Assembly (NCBI RefSeq): GCF_009914755.1
Contig: NC_060939.1
DNA from: the human T2T-CHM13v2.0 reference genome, Homo sapiens
Strand: one strand, 5' to 3'
DNA: 64,000 nucleotides
Positions 25,691-43,057 of the stretch are shown piece after piece. The notes under the pieces were generated by a model, which had not been told where the DNA came from, made no database searches, and was given only the letters and a program-made list of their open reading frames with translations. A program made the position numbers and the translations under genes. Within the stretch, counting starts at the first letter, position 1; every line of letters begins with the position of its first letter.

Positions 25691-26091
25691 GGGCAACTGA
25701 TGGTCTTTTAAGCTGACACTCACACACAAAGGGTGATGACCTTAGTGTAAAGACAAGGATTTCAAAGGAGCTGATGAAAACCTAACCAGTAAATATGTAT
25801 GTTGTGTGGGATAAAGATCAACCATGAACATTTCAAATGGGCCTTACAAGAGAGCAACCTGCAGGGAATAATGTCACCCCTGGAGTGGGTTGGGATTCCC
25901 CAAGTCCAGTTATTTTATACTAAAAATTATTGCCTGAGAAGGTCATGGTTATGTGTGAGAAATAAAGCTTTACATGCCTACCCCGACAGCCAACTCAGAC
26001 AAGGCTGCTCTTGGTGGAGTCATCTTTCGAAGGATTACTTTAGCTTCCTGGTTAGCCCTGAATTCAATGCCCTCACTCTTCTTCAGTTGAC

Positions 26092-26386
26092 GGCTGGGCG
26101 CAGTGGCTCATGCCTGTAATCCCAGCACTTTTGGAGGCTGAGGCGGGCAGATCACTTGAGGTGAGGAGTTAGAGACCAGCCTGGCCAACATGTTGAAATG
26201 CCGTCTCCACTAAAAAAAAAAAAAAGCTAGCTGTGGTAGTGGCACATGCATGTAATCCCACCTGCTAAGGAGGCTGAGGCAGGAGAATTGCTTGAACCCA
26301 GAAGGTGGAGGTTGTAGTGAGCCAAGATTGCATCACCGCTCTCCAGCATAGGTGACAGAGCAAGACTGTCTCCAAAAAATAAAAAA
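26092..26386 (+). mobile_element. AluS
   Basis: Full Alu. Confidence 0.92.
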
Positions 26387-27050
26387 GACAATGGCCTAAT
26401 AATTCCTTTAAGTCCCCCCGATCCCCTATGGAACCCAGCCCTTCCATTTTTTACTCATACTAAGGTATAAATGGCCTGTGATGCTTTAATAAAGCATTTA
26501 TCCAAAGCTTTTTAAAATCTTTAATGGGAATTATTAAACTAGAAGAATAATTGGGCTCCAAAGTAAAATTTACGACAATGAATAGAAGGATTTTGGGTCC
26601 CTATACTATCTTTGAACAAATTACAGAGGAGACAGGAAAATAAGTGATGGAAAATAACTGACTACACTTACTGATTCAATGGTTCTGAGTAGTAGGTTAA
26701 TACTGCTGACTTCAAAGGTCTTTATTACACCTGAGTACGAAAGGCAAATGTTCTGGGGGAGGCCAGAGGTGGCCCATGAGTCCTGTCTCTGCTGCTTACC
26801 AGATTGATAATTTTAGGCTACTCTCCTAACTGTGAAATGGAGATCGTATGACCTATCTAACACAATGTCTGCAATACAGTAGATGACCAAGAAATGTGGG
26901 CATCAATAGTTCTGGGCCCCTACTAAGTCAGCATTTATACCTCAGAGAAGCTTCAGAGTTACCTCTAACCTTGATATTGAGAGCTGGGATCTGCCACAAA
27001 ATGAAGAGGTTTTGAGGGCATGATTCCTTACTCATTCTTAAACTGCTCTT

Positions 27051-27075
27051 CCCCACCCCCCCCCCCCCCCACCCC
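27051..27075. repeat. Poly-C tract (G4-forming potential on the - strand)
   Basis: Run of C interrupted by two A. Confidence 0.9.
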
Positions 27076-27197
27076 TTCACTGCACTGCATTCATGCGTTG
27101 CAGTGTCTGGTACATAGTAGAAACTCCATAAATATTTACTAAACTAAGCCTTTATATGGAAGGTCTTAACTCACTCTTTTTTTCGGGGGGCAGGGGG

Positions 27198-27480
<283 letters not shown>

Positions 27481-28299
27481 TAACTCATTCTTAAGAAACA
27501 CTACTGCTGAGACTCTTGACAAGAAAAAGTGGCATAAGCAATTCCAGGCTTCCAGAGGAATCCTCTGGGAAAGAGGCTAAGATTGCTGGGAAGGCTGAAA
27601 CCTGGGGGTCTTAGAGAACATTAGGAAGAGGTTGGTTCTTACTCACCCAAGGACCTAAATGAACTGGTTCATAGAATCAATGTCAGCATGAATGATTTTA
27701 GAAATCACCTGGAAGTCAACCCCAGGCCCAGAGAGGGTATATGGCTTGTATAAAATCAAATAAATAACAAAATTGCTAAAACTAGAGTCTAAGGCTTGAC
27801 TCCTGTTCAGTGCTTTTTTCCAGACAACACTGGAACTTGCCAAGAGATATTGAGTGGAATTTTTTAAAAAGGTACTTTGGAATAAGAAGTGAAAGGGATA
27901 GGCCAATTCCTAGAGCAAAGGCTATAATGTTGACAGATAAGAGTCCTATTTCACATCAGCCTTCTCTGTTAAGGAAATTGATCTCCAGCATGATAAAAAG
28001 GATAGTCCAAAACAGTTAACAGGTAATTACGTTTTAAGATAGGTAATAAGATAGAGAAGCCTAATTCATTTAATTGAATTTGAGCCTTCACACCCAAAGA
28101 AATTCCATTTCAGAATACTGAAAGAATTGCCCTGTTGTAACACTCTCCCTGGGGGAGAGTATTATATTATTAACTACTTTAAGGGAAGAGTTAACTAGCT
28201 GCCTGAGGTCAACAATTAGTACAAGGCCAAAGGAGATGTCACAGCCAAGCCTCTCTGCATCCAAACTTGAGCAATTTCCACTCTACCAGGTCACTAAGT

Positions 28300-28990
28300 G
28301 AGCTGATGAATTCCTTCATAGAATCTGGGTTTTGAAGCATTGCAACAAAATAAAATGAAGCACCCAAACCAACAAAATGAAATTTAACTCAGCAAGTGGA
28401 AAGTCCTGCGCGTAGCATAGTTTTAAAAATCTTTACAAATACAAAACAGAGGAGATGTAGAGTAAGAAGAATTTATGTTCAAAAGGGTTAGGAATCTTGG
28501 TGGACTCCAAGCCCATATCTTTGTGTGAAACAGCTGCCAAAATCGCTAGCAAAATCTTAGAAAGCATTAATAAAGGCATAATGTTCAGAATAAAAGGAGA
28601 ATAGGGCTACCGTACTTCACCAGGCAGACATCATCTATAGTACTGTATTCCGTTTAGCTCTGTAGGGTTCCAGGGAAGGATAAATAAGATAACACACAAT
28701 CTAAAAGTTATGCCATATGAACTGAAAGGACTTGGGAATGTTCATTTTGGAGAACAGAAGGCTGTTCAATTTTAGTGACTAAAATATGAAGGAGGCAGTC
28801 ATTTTTCTGTGTCACTTTATAAAATAACACTAAGATTAATTAGTAGATAAAAGCAAAGGAAAAGAAAGCTTGTGTTGGTTGAATAGCACTACATGCTGCT
28901 TGTGCTACGTGCTTTATATTATTTTGTTAAAACCTTTCAGAAACAGATGGATAGTTTGGGAGTGGTGAGCTCCCTGTGACTGGAAATCAG
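28300..28990 (+). mobile_element. Ancient CR1/L3 LINE 3' fragment
   Basis: aacaaaatgaaatttaac...aaagtcctgc, cagctgccaaaa, gtggtgagctccctgtgactggaa motifs typical of L3. Confidence 0.65.
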
Positions 28991-29016
28991 ATCCCTAGCT
29001 CAGCACTGCTCAGTTA

Positions 29017-29527
<511 letters not shown>

Positions 29528-30194
29528 TTATTATTTTTTAAAGAAGCAGCCATCACTCTTCTGCTTCCAAGATTTAAGAATGCCATTCAGGCCCTTCTGA
29601 AGCCAGCTTCCTATTGGAGGCAGGCTCTCTGGGGGCAGCAAAAGCAACTGTGTGTCAGCAACATGAATTTCTAGCAGTTTCAAGGTTTCAAATCCCCACT
29701 AGATGGCTGACTGTAAGGGGCTACCTAGTCCATATTAGCCCAAGCTGCTGCTTTCTAGCCAGGTTTAGACGTTGGGATAGGCCCATGTTTGTCTAGGGTT
29801 GTGTCTGCAGGGAGGGCTAGGTGGTAGAGGAGAGCCTGAGTGTTCTACGAGTTGATGAGGAATTGTGTGACGGGATGGGAATGGGATACTTCTCTAGGCC
29901 AGCCACAGCCATTCTTCTCACATAGACCTGTAGTCTTAGAGTCACCCAACCACTGAAGCCCTGTGGCCTAGGACACGTTCTGGCCAGTGGACAATGTATC
30001 AGCCAGGGTCCTGTCCTAGCAGAACCAGAATTCAACTTGGAGGATTCCGATGAAGAGACTTTAATGAAGGGACCATTACAGAAGTGTGAGCAGGGAATCT
30101 GCAAAGGAACCTCAGCATCACGGGCACCCTCCAACCTCAAGACCATGTCTTTGCTGTCTCTTCATCTACCACCGGCTGAATCCTTCATCTCATT

Positions 30195-30470
30195 CTGGTC
30201 TTTGTTATAATGCCACTCTCTCAATGAACATTGTGACTGCTTCTCCTCAGCACTCCCTCTTCCCCGCTGAACTTTGTTATATCACTTAACATCATCCAAT
30301 ATTTGCATATTTAATTATGTGTTTATTGTCTGCCTCTATCCACTAGAATGTGAGCAGAGATTTTTGTCTGTTGTGTTCATTGCTATATCCCAGCACTTAG
30401 AACACTGCCTAGCCCAAGGAAGATGCTCAGTAAGTATTCGTTGAATGAATGAATTAATAGATGAATGAAG
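30195..30470 (+). mobile_element. L2 3' end fragment
   Basis: cactagaatgtgag...cagcacttagaacactgcct...tgctcagtaagtattcgttgaatgaatgaa. Confidence 0.8.
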
Positions 30471-31577
30471 ACTAATTGGACTTATTAGAACACATAGAGA
30501 AAATTATCCAATGGTGACATCCGATCCCTCTTTCTTGCTTCAATTTGTTAATCACTCCTTTGGGTGAAGCCACTTGAAATGCAAAAGGCTTTCAGTTGGC
30601 CACGAGAGGGTGATATTGGCCAGTTTTTCATTTTATAGATACCTTGTTCTGAGATCATTCACTCTCTTCTTCCCCAGACCTCAGAAAGAAAACCTGAGAC
30701 AGGGCCATGTCTACAGCCAAAGTAAACATACAGTGTGTTTCTTCTGCCCGGATGCTGTCCAAGTGAAATTCAATTAAAACCTACATCAATAAAGGTTTCT
30801 AAAGGAGAGAAGGTCACTAGAAAGTAAGAGTGTAGGGAATGTGTAGGCAGAAGAAACAGGCAAAGAAAGGCATCTCCACCACTTTGGTAACCATGGAGAT
30901 GCCACCAGCCGGCTAGATGACCTCGGGTTTTGTGCCACATTCTTCTACTTCCCTTCCCTCTGCACCATCCAGGCTCCGTGTGGCTGTCCCTGCAAAAGTG
31001 TGAGCTTTCACAATACAGGGTCTAGGCTCACGGTTCCAATTGTGACCCTCCAAGTGCTCAGGGAAAGAAATACAGATTACTCAAGGAATCATTCCCTCTT
31101 TTGCTAAATCCTACTTTGTGAACATACTGTGTGAAGGGAACATGTGGGATGATACAGAAATAAAGGGGCCATCAGCCCCAAGGTCAAGGCACCCAGTGAT
31201 GACACTGTGAGGCAGAAGTGGACAGGGCAGTATGGGATGCCCAGAGAAGGTTTCAGGAGCTTCTGGAAGGCAAAAGAGGCTGTCTTCAGTGAGAAGGGGG
31301 CAGAGGCAGCCATATGGGAGTGAGGACATTTGAACTGGGATTGAAGGATAGGTAGGTACACATTTGTGTTTGGCTGTATCTCAAGCACTTTCTGGTTTTA
31401 TACGCTGCTTTTAATTGCACCTGAATTTTAGGATACTTTTCTTCTCATTTAAGAATGAGTAACCACCCGTTTAAATGAAAAAGATCAGTTTTTTTCCACA
31501 TCTTAATCTTATAAGACATAGCATGATATAAAATAAAATAAGCTTGTAGGGGAGATAATGTGTTGTTAAAACAGTAG

Positions 31578-31901
<324 letters not shown>

Positions 31902-32064
31902 TAGAGCAGAGAATGGAAGTCCTGAGGGGAGTTTTTGTTATCTCGCCTTAAGTGCAGCTTTTCTCAACAGCAAAAGGTGGAACTTGTGAATACCTAGTGA
32001 GGGGTCCCAGGACTCACAGACTAAATTCACAGACCAACACTGTGGACTCTCGTCAAACATATTC

Positions 32065-32070
32065 TTTATT
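32065..32070 (-). terminator. TMCO5B: Polyadenylation signal (AATAAA) of TMCO5B
   Basis: tttatt on the + strand, about 175 nt downstream of the terminal stop. Confidence 0.7.
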
Positions 32071-32245
32071 TGAAAGAGAGACATTCCAGAGGGAAAGCAG
32101 GGAAAGAATGAAATGAAAAACTCAGATGTCAAGTAGCGGCTCTGAGTCAAAGGCTTCCACATCCTTCCTGGCCATCCCCAACATGGGGCCACAGCCACGG
32201 TCACCTCCACTCAGGTGTGGGGTGATGCCCCCAGGTCACCCCAGA

Positions 32246-32458
<213 letters not shown>

Positions 32459-33083
32459 TCATTATTTGCATGAGAAAAAAGACAGCCCGAGGTCAAGCAG
32501 TGAAAGGCAAACCTCACAGTCATAAATGGCTGGTGAATTGCTTTCTTCAGGCAAAGTTGATAGGGGAAAGTAGGGAATGGGGCTTTTTATTAAAGTGCCA
32601 CTTGAAGCTCTTCAGGGTCAATATTCTTGTTTCAAAAATTAAAAAAGCAAAGGCACAGAGAGTTTAAGGATCTTTTTTCTAAAATTTCTAAGCATGAAGA
32701 TAACTAAGAAAATTAATGCACTCTGAACTTTTTTCCCAACAAGGAATATCACAGAGGTAATCAAGCTCAGGACTTGAAAAAATGGAAAGGTGCTATACCT
32801 AGGATCATAAGAATGAAAATTAAAAGTTAAATGCAACCTACATCTTTATCCCAAATTTCTCAGAAATAGCCACACATTTCTCCAGCTATTTATAGCTGCT
32901 GTTTAACTCTGGTGTTATAATTCTGCATTGAGAAAAGTAAGAATGGTTGGGAGAAATTTGGGGCTGCCTTATGTATTCTGATCAGTGGATGATGTGTTTA
33001 TTCTTGTTCTTTTGGCCCTTATCAGGTAATGTGTAGAGTGAAATGTGGTCTAGGCTAGGTAAAAGCAAGATTCTTCCGCTTAC

Positions 33084-33127
33084 TTGTACCAACACCTTCT
33101 CTCCTGTTTCTTAATGGTGGTCCTCTC
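33084..33127 (-). pseudogene. TMCO5B: TMCO5B coding exon 10 (44 nt)
   Basis: Acceptor ttcccacAG, donor gtaagc. ERTTIKKQERRCWY. Confidence 0.9.
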
Positions 33128-33308
33128 CTGTGGGAAGCAATGAAAAATCACAGCTATGGCTTTTCGTGTGTTCACAGAGAGGCAGAATAGCAGAGACCCT
33201 GGAGTCAGGATGCCTGGGTTTGAATTCTGGCTCTGCCACCTCCTAGCTTCCATGGTGTGGGGTAGGAACTAAACCTCATTATTTCCTAATTATAGGATTA
33301 TTAAAGAG

Positions 33309-33310
<2 letters not shown>

Positions 33311-33350
<40 letters not shown>
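33311..33350. repeat. (GA)n microsatellite in TMCO5B intron 9, next to a MIR fragment (about 33185-33300)
   Basis: Repeat directly visible; MIR core cctgggtttgaattctggctctgccac. Confidence 0.9.
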
Positions 33351-33352
<2 letters not shown>

Positions 33353-33406
33353 CTAGGAGAGGGAAGGGATAGAGGAAAACCCAGGTTTGGAATAGGAAAA
33401 ACTGGC

Positions 33407-33482
33407 CATGTTTCTTTGGGTGGTGTCTGCCAAAATTGATCCCGGTTTCACTGTTTGAGAGGAGTCATCCTGGGCTTTGGAT
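33407..33482 (-). pseudogene. TMCO5B: TMCO5B coding exon 9 (76 nt) with GC donor
   Basis: Acceptor ttacctAG. SKAQDDSSQTVKPGSILADTTQRNM. Donor reads ATG|gccagt. Confidence 0.9.
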
Positions 33483-33559
33483 CTAGGTAAGAGATCAGAG
33501 CCAAGAATTAGGTAACATAATCTGAGAGGCTGATGAAAGGTGCTTTCCTAAGTTACGCG

Positions 33560-36925
<3,366 letters not shown>

Positions 36926-37163
36926 AAAGTGTGACAAGTCCTGAGACATACAGTCTATGGAAAGAAAGTATAAAAGGGCATCACTGGGGCCTCTGGTCAG
37001 TCTGGTGGACCCACTGCATCCTGGGAAAGGGGACAGCACACACACATAAAGGAATATTTCTGGGCCCCTAGTCCTCTTTTTACTACGTTTCTTCCTCTCT
37101 GAACATAGCTCCAGATAATTTTCAGGAACTGCATGCCTCTGAGGACATGTGAAAAGAACATTA

Positions 37164-37807
<644 letters not shown>

Positions 37808-38021
37808 TAAAACACCAGTTGCTGAGGAAGGCAAGAGGAAAGCCTGAATGCTGTTGGTTTTCCAGTCTGAACCATGGAGCGGAGGCTGAAAGAGATGACT
37901 TGTTGGAGGCCATTTACACAGTGACACACACTGTGCTGAGAAGCACCCCGCCCTTCAAAGGCCGCCTGGACTGCCGGACTGCTACTGCAGTCTGTCAGGG
38001 AGGCCATTTTTCTAAGCTTAC

Positions 38022-38086
38022 ATTTGTTTTTCAAGAAGCAGCGTCTCCTTTTCCTCTTTCATCTTCCTCAGAACTTCCTGGTATTT
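38022..38086 (-). pseudogene. TMCO5B: TMCO5B coding exon 8 (65 nt)
   Basis: Acceptor ggaaAG (purine-rich, weak), donor gtaagc. KYQEVLRKMKEEKETLLLEKQ. Confidence 0.9.
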
Positions 38087-38637
38087 CTTTCCATGAAGTT
38101 AAAAAATAAACAAAGTCATAAATGGAAAATTTCCATATCTCATCATGATGTCATTGATAAAAACATTCTGCTAATTATTTTCCAAACAATATACTCATCA
38201 GTATGCACACACCAGTGGGGGAGGGGTTCTAATAAAAAATTCAAAGATATTAGTGACCGGAATGGATGTATATGAACAAAAAGAGCTCCCTCCCATTCAG
38301 GTCCCCGCTTGTATTCAAATCCCAGCTCTGACGTTTACTAGCTGTGTTCCCTGTTACTAGCTGCATTCTAACTTCCTGAAACCTCATTGTCCCCTTGATC
38401 ATAACTGTCACGCTCATAGAATTATTGAACAAATTGATTGAGAAAAATACTATAGGCTGAGTGCTTAGCACAGTACTTGGCACAAAGTAAATCCTTAACA
38501 TACATCCGTCTTCTTGTTGCTGTTGTATACAGAGCATTTTCCCTAGTGACACATTCTAGCCTAATGAAAAACCAAGGAACCCATGGCCTTGGAGATATTC
38601 TGCCTCTACTTGGACTTTTCCTCCACATGGGTTGCAC

Positions 38638-38697
38638 CTTTATGTAGTAGACCTGGTCCTTACAGAGGTCAGACACAGATTGGTAGTCACTCTCTAT
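38638..38697 (-). pseudogene. TMCO5B: TMCO5B coding exon 7 (60 nt)
   Basis: Acceptor ctttttAG, donor gtgcaa. IESDYQSVSDLCKDQVYYIK. Confidence 0.92.
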
Positions 38698-39191
38698 CTA
38701 AAAAGAAAGAAAATTAACAAACCTCATGAGTTAAATCAGAACCAAGCCCAGTCTCCTCCCTGGGGCCCTACCTGGTGCACTGGCACTTGGCTGGTTACCT
38801 AGCAACTCCTGACTTGAAGGAAAAACAGTCACATCACAAAGAGGTGATCTCATCATTAGGCACAGGGTCTGGTTTTAAGCAAAGGAAATATTTTGCCCAA
38901 GTTGTCATCTGCCTCTCATGTGAAATACCAGGGGACGTGTCAAGGCACTTTGGTTTGGAATTCAACAATGGTATTTGACACAGAGATGTAAGAAATGGTA
39001 AAAGCAGTATTTTTAATAGAAGTTTTCTTTCCCTTCAGCTGCATAAGAATGCATAAGAATCAGAAATTCATTTGCAAGATGTTTTTGTACCTCCCCCTCC
39101 TATGCCTCAAGCAGATCTGTTTCTAAGACCCTTGGGATTCTCTCCCATTCTATCCCGGGCAGACCCTCAGTGGAAGAGACATTGCCTCTGC

Positions 39192-39248
39192 CTTGGCCAG
39201 TTCCTCCTCTTGCTTTGCACAGGACTCTGTTGACTTCTGTAGTCTTGC
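39192..39248 (-). pseudogene. TMCO5B: TMCO5B coding exon 6 (57 nt) with GC donor
   Basis: Acceptor ttccacAG. ARLQKSTESCAKQEEELAK. Donor reads AAG|gcagag. Confidence 0.9.
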
Positions 39249-39327
39249 CTGTGGAAGACAATGAGTGACGGCAGAAAGTTACTAGCATTCTTTTATGGAA
39301 GGGAAGTGGGTAATTACCATATCCAGA

Positions 39328-39340
39328 CCAGCAGAGGGCA
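39328..39340 (+). promoter_or_regulatory. CTCF-like core motif CCAGCAGAGGGCA in TMCO5B intron 5
   Basis: Close match to the CTCF consensus CCASYAGRKGGCR. Motif only; no occupancy evidence. Confidence 0.5.
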
Positions 39341-39653
39341 TGATACTAATGGCTATCATGTTGAAGACATCTGATAACAATTTAGGGTGGGCACTTGTTA
39401 TTACCCCCTCCCCTCTCCATTTTACAAATGAGGAAACAAAGGCGCAGAGAAGTTGAGTATGTAACTTGTTAAAGTTTAAAGTGGCAGAGCTGACATTTAC
39501 GCCTCAGTAGGCCAGTGCCCATTCAGTGAACCCAGCCATCCTCCTTCCTCCAGGCCTACTGACCAAAGCTCACAAGCCTCTTCCTCCCACTCATATTTCA
39601 TAGGGTGCACTGGCATGTCCCCTGAATCACACAGAAAATAAAAGAGAAACCTG

Positions 39654-39978
39654 GGCCAGGCGTAGTGACTCACGCCTGTAATCCCAGCACTTTGGGAGAC
39701 CAAGGCAGGCAGATTGCTTGAGGTCAGGAATTCAAGACCACCCTGGCCAACATGGTGAACTCTGGCCAATGTGGTAAAACCCCATCTCTACTGAAAATAC
39801 AAAAATTAGCCAGGTATCGTGGCGTGTGCCTGTAGTCCCAGCTACTCAGGAGGCTGAGGCAGGAGAACTGCTTTAACTCCCGGGAAGCAGAGGTTGCAGT
39901 GAGCCGAGATCTTACCACTGCACTCCAGCCTGGGTGACGGAGAGAGACTCCATCTCAAAAAAAAAAAAAAAAAAAAAA
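39654..39978 (+). mobile_element. AluS with internal duplication of about 20 bp
   Basis: ctggccaacatggtgaac followed by tctggccaatgtggtaaaac; TSD agagaaacctg. Confidence 0.92.
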
Positions 39979-40725
39979 AGAGAGAGAGAAACCTGGTTTC
40001 TCTTTTTCTGAGAAATACATAAGACAGTGGAGCTCTTGTATAGTGGGCTCAGTTAAATTGCCACACTCACCACATAAGTATGCAGAGAGCTTCCTAATAG
40101 GGGTTTTCCCCACTATTGGGTGTCCAGTGTAGTCATTCATTCAATATATATTTATTGGGCATCTACTATGTGCCAGGCACATAGTTCTAGGCCCTGGGGA
40201 AACAAATGAACAACATAGGCAACAATTCATGTTCTCAATGAGTTTATCTTCTAGCAGAGGAAAAAGATAACAAAATAAATTTTAAAAAAACTTCTTTGGC
40301 CTTTGAGCCATGGGTTGGAAATCAGAAGATCATGACACATCCCTGTATGACTATGGGAGTCAATATTTTCTTCCTATTGAATATCTTATTTGTGTGTCCT
40401 CACTTAAATAATAAGCTTCTGGAGGGCAGGTCCCAATGGGCATTCAGAACATGTGTTTTATCGACTGATGGAAGATGGGGACTCTGGAGCAGTTCCCTCC
40501 ACTTTGATCCACTGCAGTCATCTCTGCTCCTAGTGTGACTAGTGATGTCATAAATGCCCCCACAGGCCATGGGATTACATGCAGAGAATAAAGGACAGTG
40601 ACTCATCTCTGATAAGTACACAGACATAACCAGTACATACCCTAGGGTAGTCCTTGAGAGCAATTTCTCACAGGACCTAGAATTGACACATCTCCCAGAA
40701 AAATCTGTTTGTTTTTTCTACTCAC

Positions 40726-40794
40726 CTTCATTTCCTCCAGGATCTGCTTTGTGGTTTCTTCTTCAAGGCCAATATTTGTAAATAACCCTGAAAT
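40726..40794 (-). pseudogene. TMCO5B: TMCO5B coding exon 5 (69 nt)
   Basis: Acceptor attttAG, donor gtgagt. ISGLFTNIGLEEETTKQILEEMK. Confidence 0.88.
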
Positions 40795-41451
40795 CTAAAA
40801 TACCATTCAAAAAATCATGAACTAAGTAAGGCACACAGACGTGAAAACCTGGGCCAGTGGCAGACTGGGGTCCCAGGCTGCAGATGGTGGTTACTAATTC
40901 GGGCCCTGGATAGAAGCTTGGAAGAAAAGCATCTCCTTCTCTCTGTGGAGGCTGCCTGACTCCATGTGGGCTAGACAGACTTTTCTGTTCCCACAGCCCA
41001 TGGAAGAAAGTGCACAGTGAGGAGGGGAGGACAATGAGAAAGGGAAGAGAGAATGGGGCAGAGTGGGAGGAGGGATAAGTCTTTTCCCCCTCTAAAGCCC
41101 TTTAGCCCTCTCACCACAATCTGTAATGCCCAGAGAACAATTGGCAACAGCAGTGCAGAGGGAGCATGCAAACTTTGCCAGTTGCTCCTTCTTCTCCAGT
41201 CTCTGTGATTACAGAGTTCTGGAAGATAACTCTTATTGATAAGATTCCTAAGAAACGAGGCTTGTTTCCAGGGCATGCTTTGCTATGTGGAGAACAGCCT
41301 TTCCGTTAACGTTTATGTATATCTTTTCTCATTCTGAATGTGCCTAGGACCCCTCCTGCATACTCCCAGCCCAGCCCACCAGCCTTTCTCTTGTGAAGAC
41401 ACAATGTTCTTAGGGACTCGGGGACCCTAAAAAACCCAGGGCTCCCCTTAC

Positions 41452-41502
41452 CTTTTTCTGAACCTCCACCACATTCCTGCTTAGGATTGCGTTACTTTTC
41501 TC
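41452..41502 (-). pseudogene. TMCO5B: TMCO5B coding exon 4 (51 nt)
   Basis: Acceptor ccccacAG, donor gtaagg. EKSNAILSRNVVEVQKK. Confidence 0.92.
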
Positions 41503-41809
41503 CTGTGGGGAAAAAGAAAGTCAAGGGAAGAAAGTTGCTCTGCCGTCATCTCTCCCCCTTCATCAGGCCACTGGAATAATATCTGGGGATTAGTCTATCA
41601 AGTCGGAAAAGTGCACTCTGGCTCACACAGCAGATCTGGGAAAAAAGCCTCTTCGGCCCCCATGCCCAGTGCTTCATTCCCAGAACACTCTCTTAAACAG
41701 CCATGATTTGAGACACAGAAGCAATGAACATGGGATGAATTCCTGGGAAGGAGAGCAGCAGAATGCAAACAAAATGCATCCAATGGTCCTTTTCTAGACA
41801 CCTCCTTAC

Positions 41810-41927
41810 CAGCTTTGCTGTCTCTAATTCCAGCTCCCTCAGGGATTCCTCCTGTTCATCTATGACATAGTTCAACTCCTCCTCCTCTTTGGCTTCTTCT
41901 AGTGACAAGGCCAGCTTTCTTTCCAGG
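41810..41927 (-). pseudogene. TMCO5B: TMCO5B coding exon 3 (118 nt)
   Basis: Acceptor tttctcAG, donor gtaagg. LERKLALSLEEAKEEEELNYVIDEQEESLRELELETAKL (coiled coil). Overlaps track ORF 41693..41908. Confidence 0.93.
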
Positions 41928-42243
41928 CTGAGAAATATAAAGTCACCCAGGTGTGGCTCAGCCCCTAAGAAAGCTGCCAGGGCCCCAATTTGAGAAGCTA
42001 CTTTCGAAGTCTCAGGAAGTCAGAGTAACTACCAAATGCAATGGCGATAAAATGTCAACCTAATGTGAAAATTTAATGCAAAAATCTATACCTGAAGTAT
42101 TTTGAGGGCACTGTAGTTCATACTTTAGGATTTAAATAAAACGTCAAGATTCACCATCAAATAAGTGAAACTTTCTTCCACCTGTATCCCAAAGGACCTG
42201 CAGGGGCGGGGAGGCCCTTCCCCCACCAACCACAAAGCCTTAC

Positions 42244-42393
42244 CTTGAAATAGTTTCTTCTTTCTCTTTAATCTTTCTAAGGAGAACCTGATTCTCCATA
42301 TCCAGTTTCTGCAGGTCCTTTTCAAGGTCTGAATTCAGGCAGTCAAGGTTCTGTTTTACGGCTTCTAATGCTGGTAATTATATCGTCTGCTAC
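42244..42393 (-). pseudogene. TMCO5B: TMCO5B coding exon 2 (150 nt, phase 2-2) with TAG at 42392-42390 and TAA at 42380-42378
   Basis: Acceptor ttctgtAG, donor gtaagg. Translates *QTI*LPALEAVKQNLDCLNSDLEKDLQKLDMENQVLLRKIKEKEETIS. Confidence 0.92.
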
Positions 42394-43057
42394 CTACAGA
42401 AAATCATCTTTATCACCAACCTCAGGACAGGAAAACATAGGAGCCCTAAGAAGACGTTCCCCTATAGTTTCACTCATTCTCTTATCTTCTGTTGTTAATA
42501 AGCTTAACCAGCCTTATTTTGTTTTCCATGATAAATTGATTTCTACACTGTTTTGCATAAAGTAAATTCCTGGAGTGGAGCCACATTTTAATTTTAAATA
42601 CTATAAATGGAACCCACTGAAACAAAGCTTTCATGAAGCAAAAAAAATATTTTTTCTATGAATACTTTAACACACTTTTTAAAAAATATCTTAGATGAAG
42701 TATGCAGAATCCAAGTGATACCTCTAAAGCATTTAGAGACCTGCAAGGGAAAGGCTTCTCCTTTTGCTATCTTCTAACCTAGTCAGGCAGGGACATGGGC
42801 TGAGTAGAGGCCAAAAGGGTGATGAATCTTTTTCCTGCCAGACTGATTAGCTGTTTGAGACACTAGAGATCTTTGAAAATCCCATCATTATTCTGATGAA
42901 GAACAGAGAACTGAAGCCAAAGTTTCTTATCCCTAGGAAGCCTCCTCAGACTTGAGGAGATAAATTCTCACACAGTGGAGTTCTTCCTTACTGGATTGCT
43001 GGAGACTCTTCCCGTGGAGCTTCCTCTACTGAACTCTTTTATTATTCCCATACTTAC

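Noticed and set aside
31938-32210. 90-aa minus-strand ORF with a gtgagt donor-like site near 32017
   Set aside because: Lies in the 3' UTR across the polyA signal, has no recognisable homology and no partner exon.
42125-42325. Track ORF MKRTCRNWIWRIRF...
   Set aside because: Overlaps TMCO5B exon 2 in the wrong frame; the homologous frame is the one containing the two stops.
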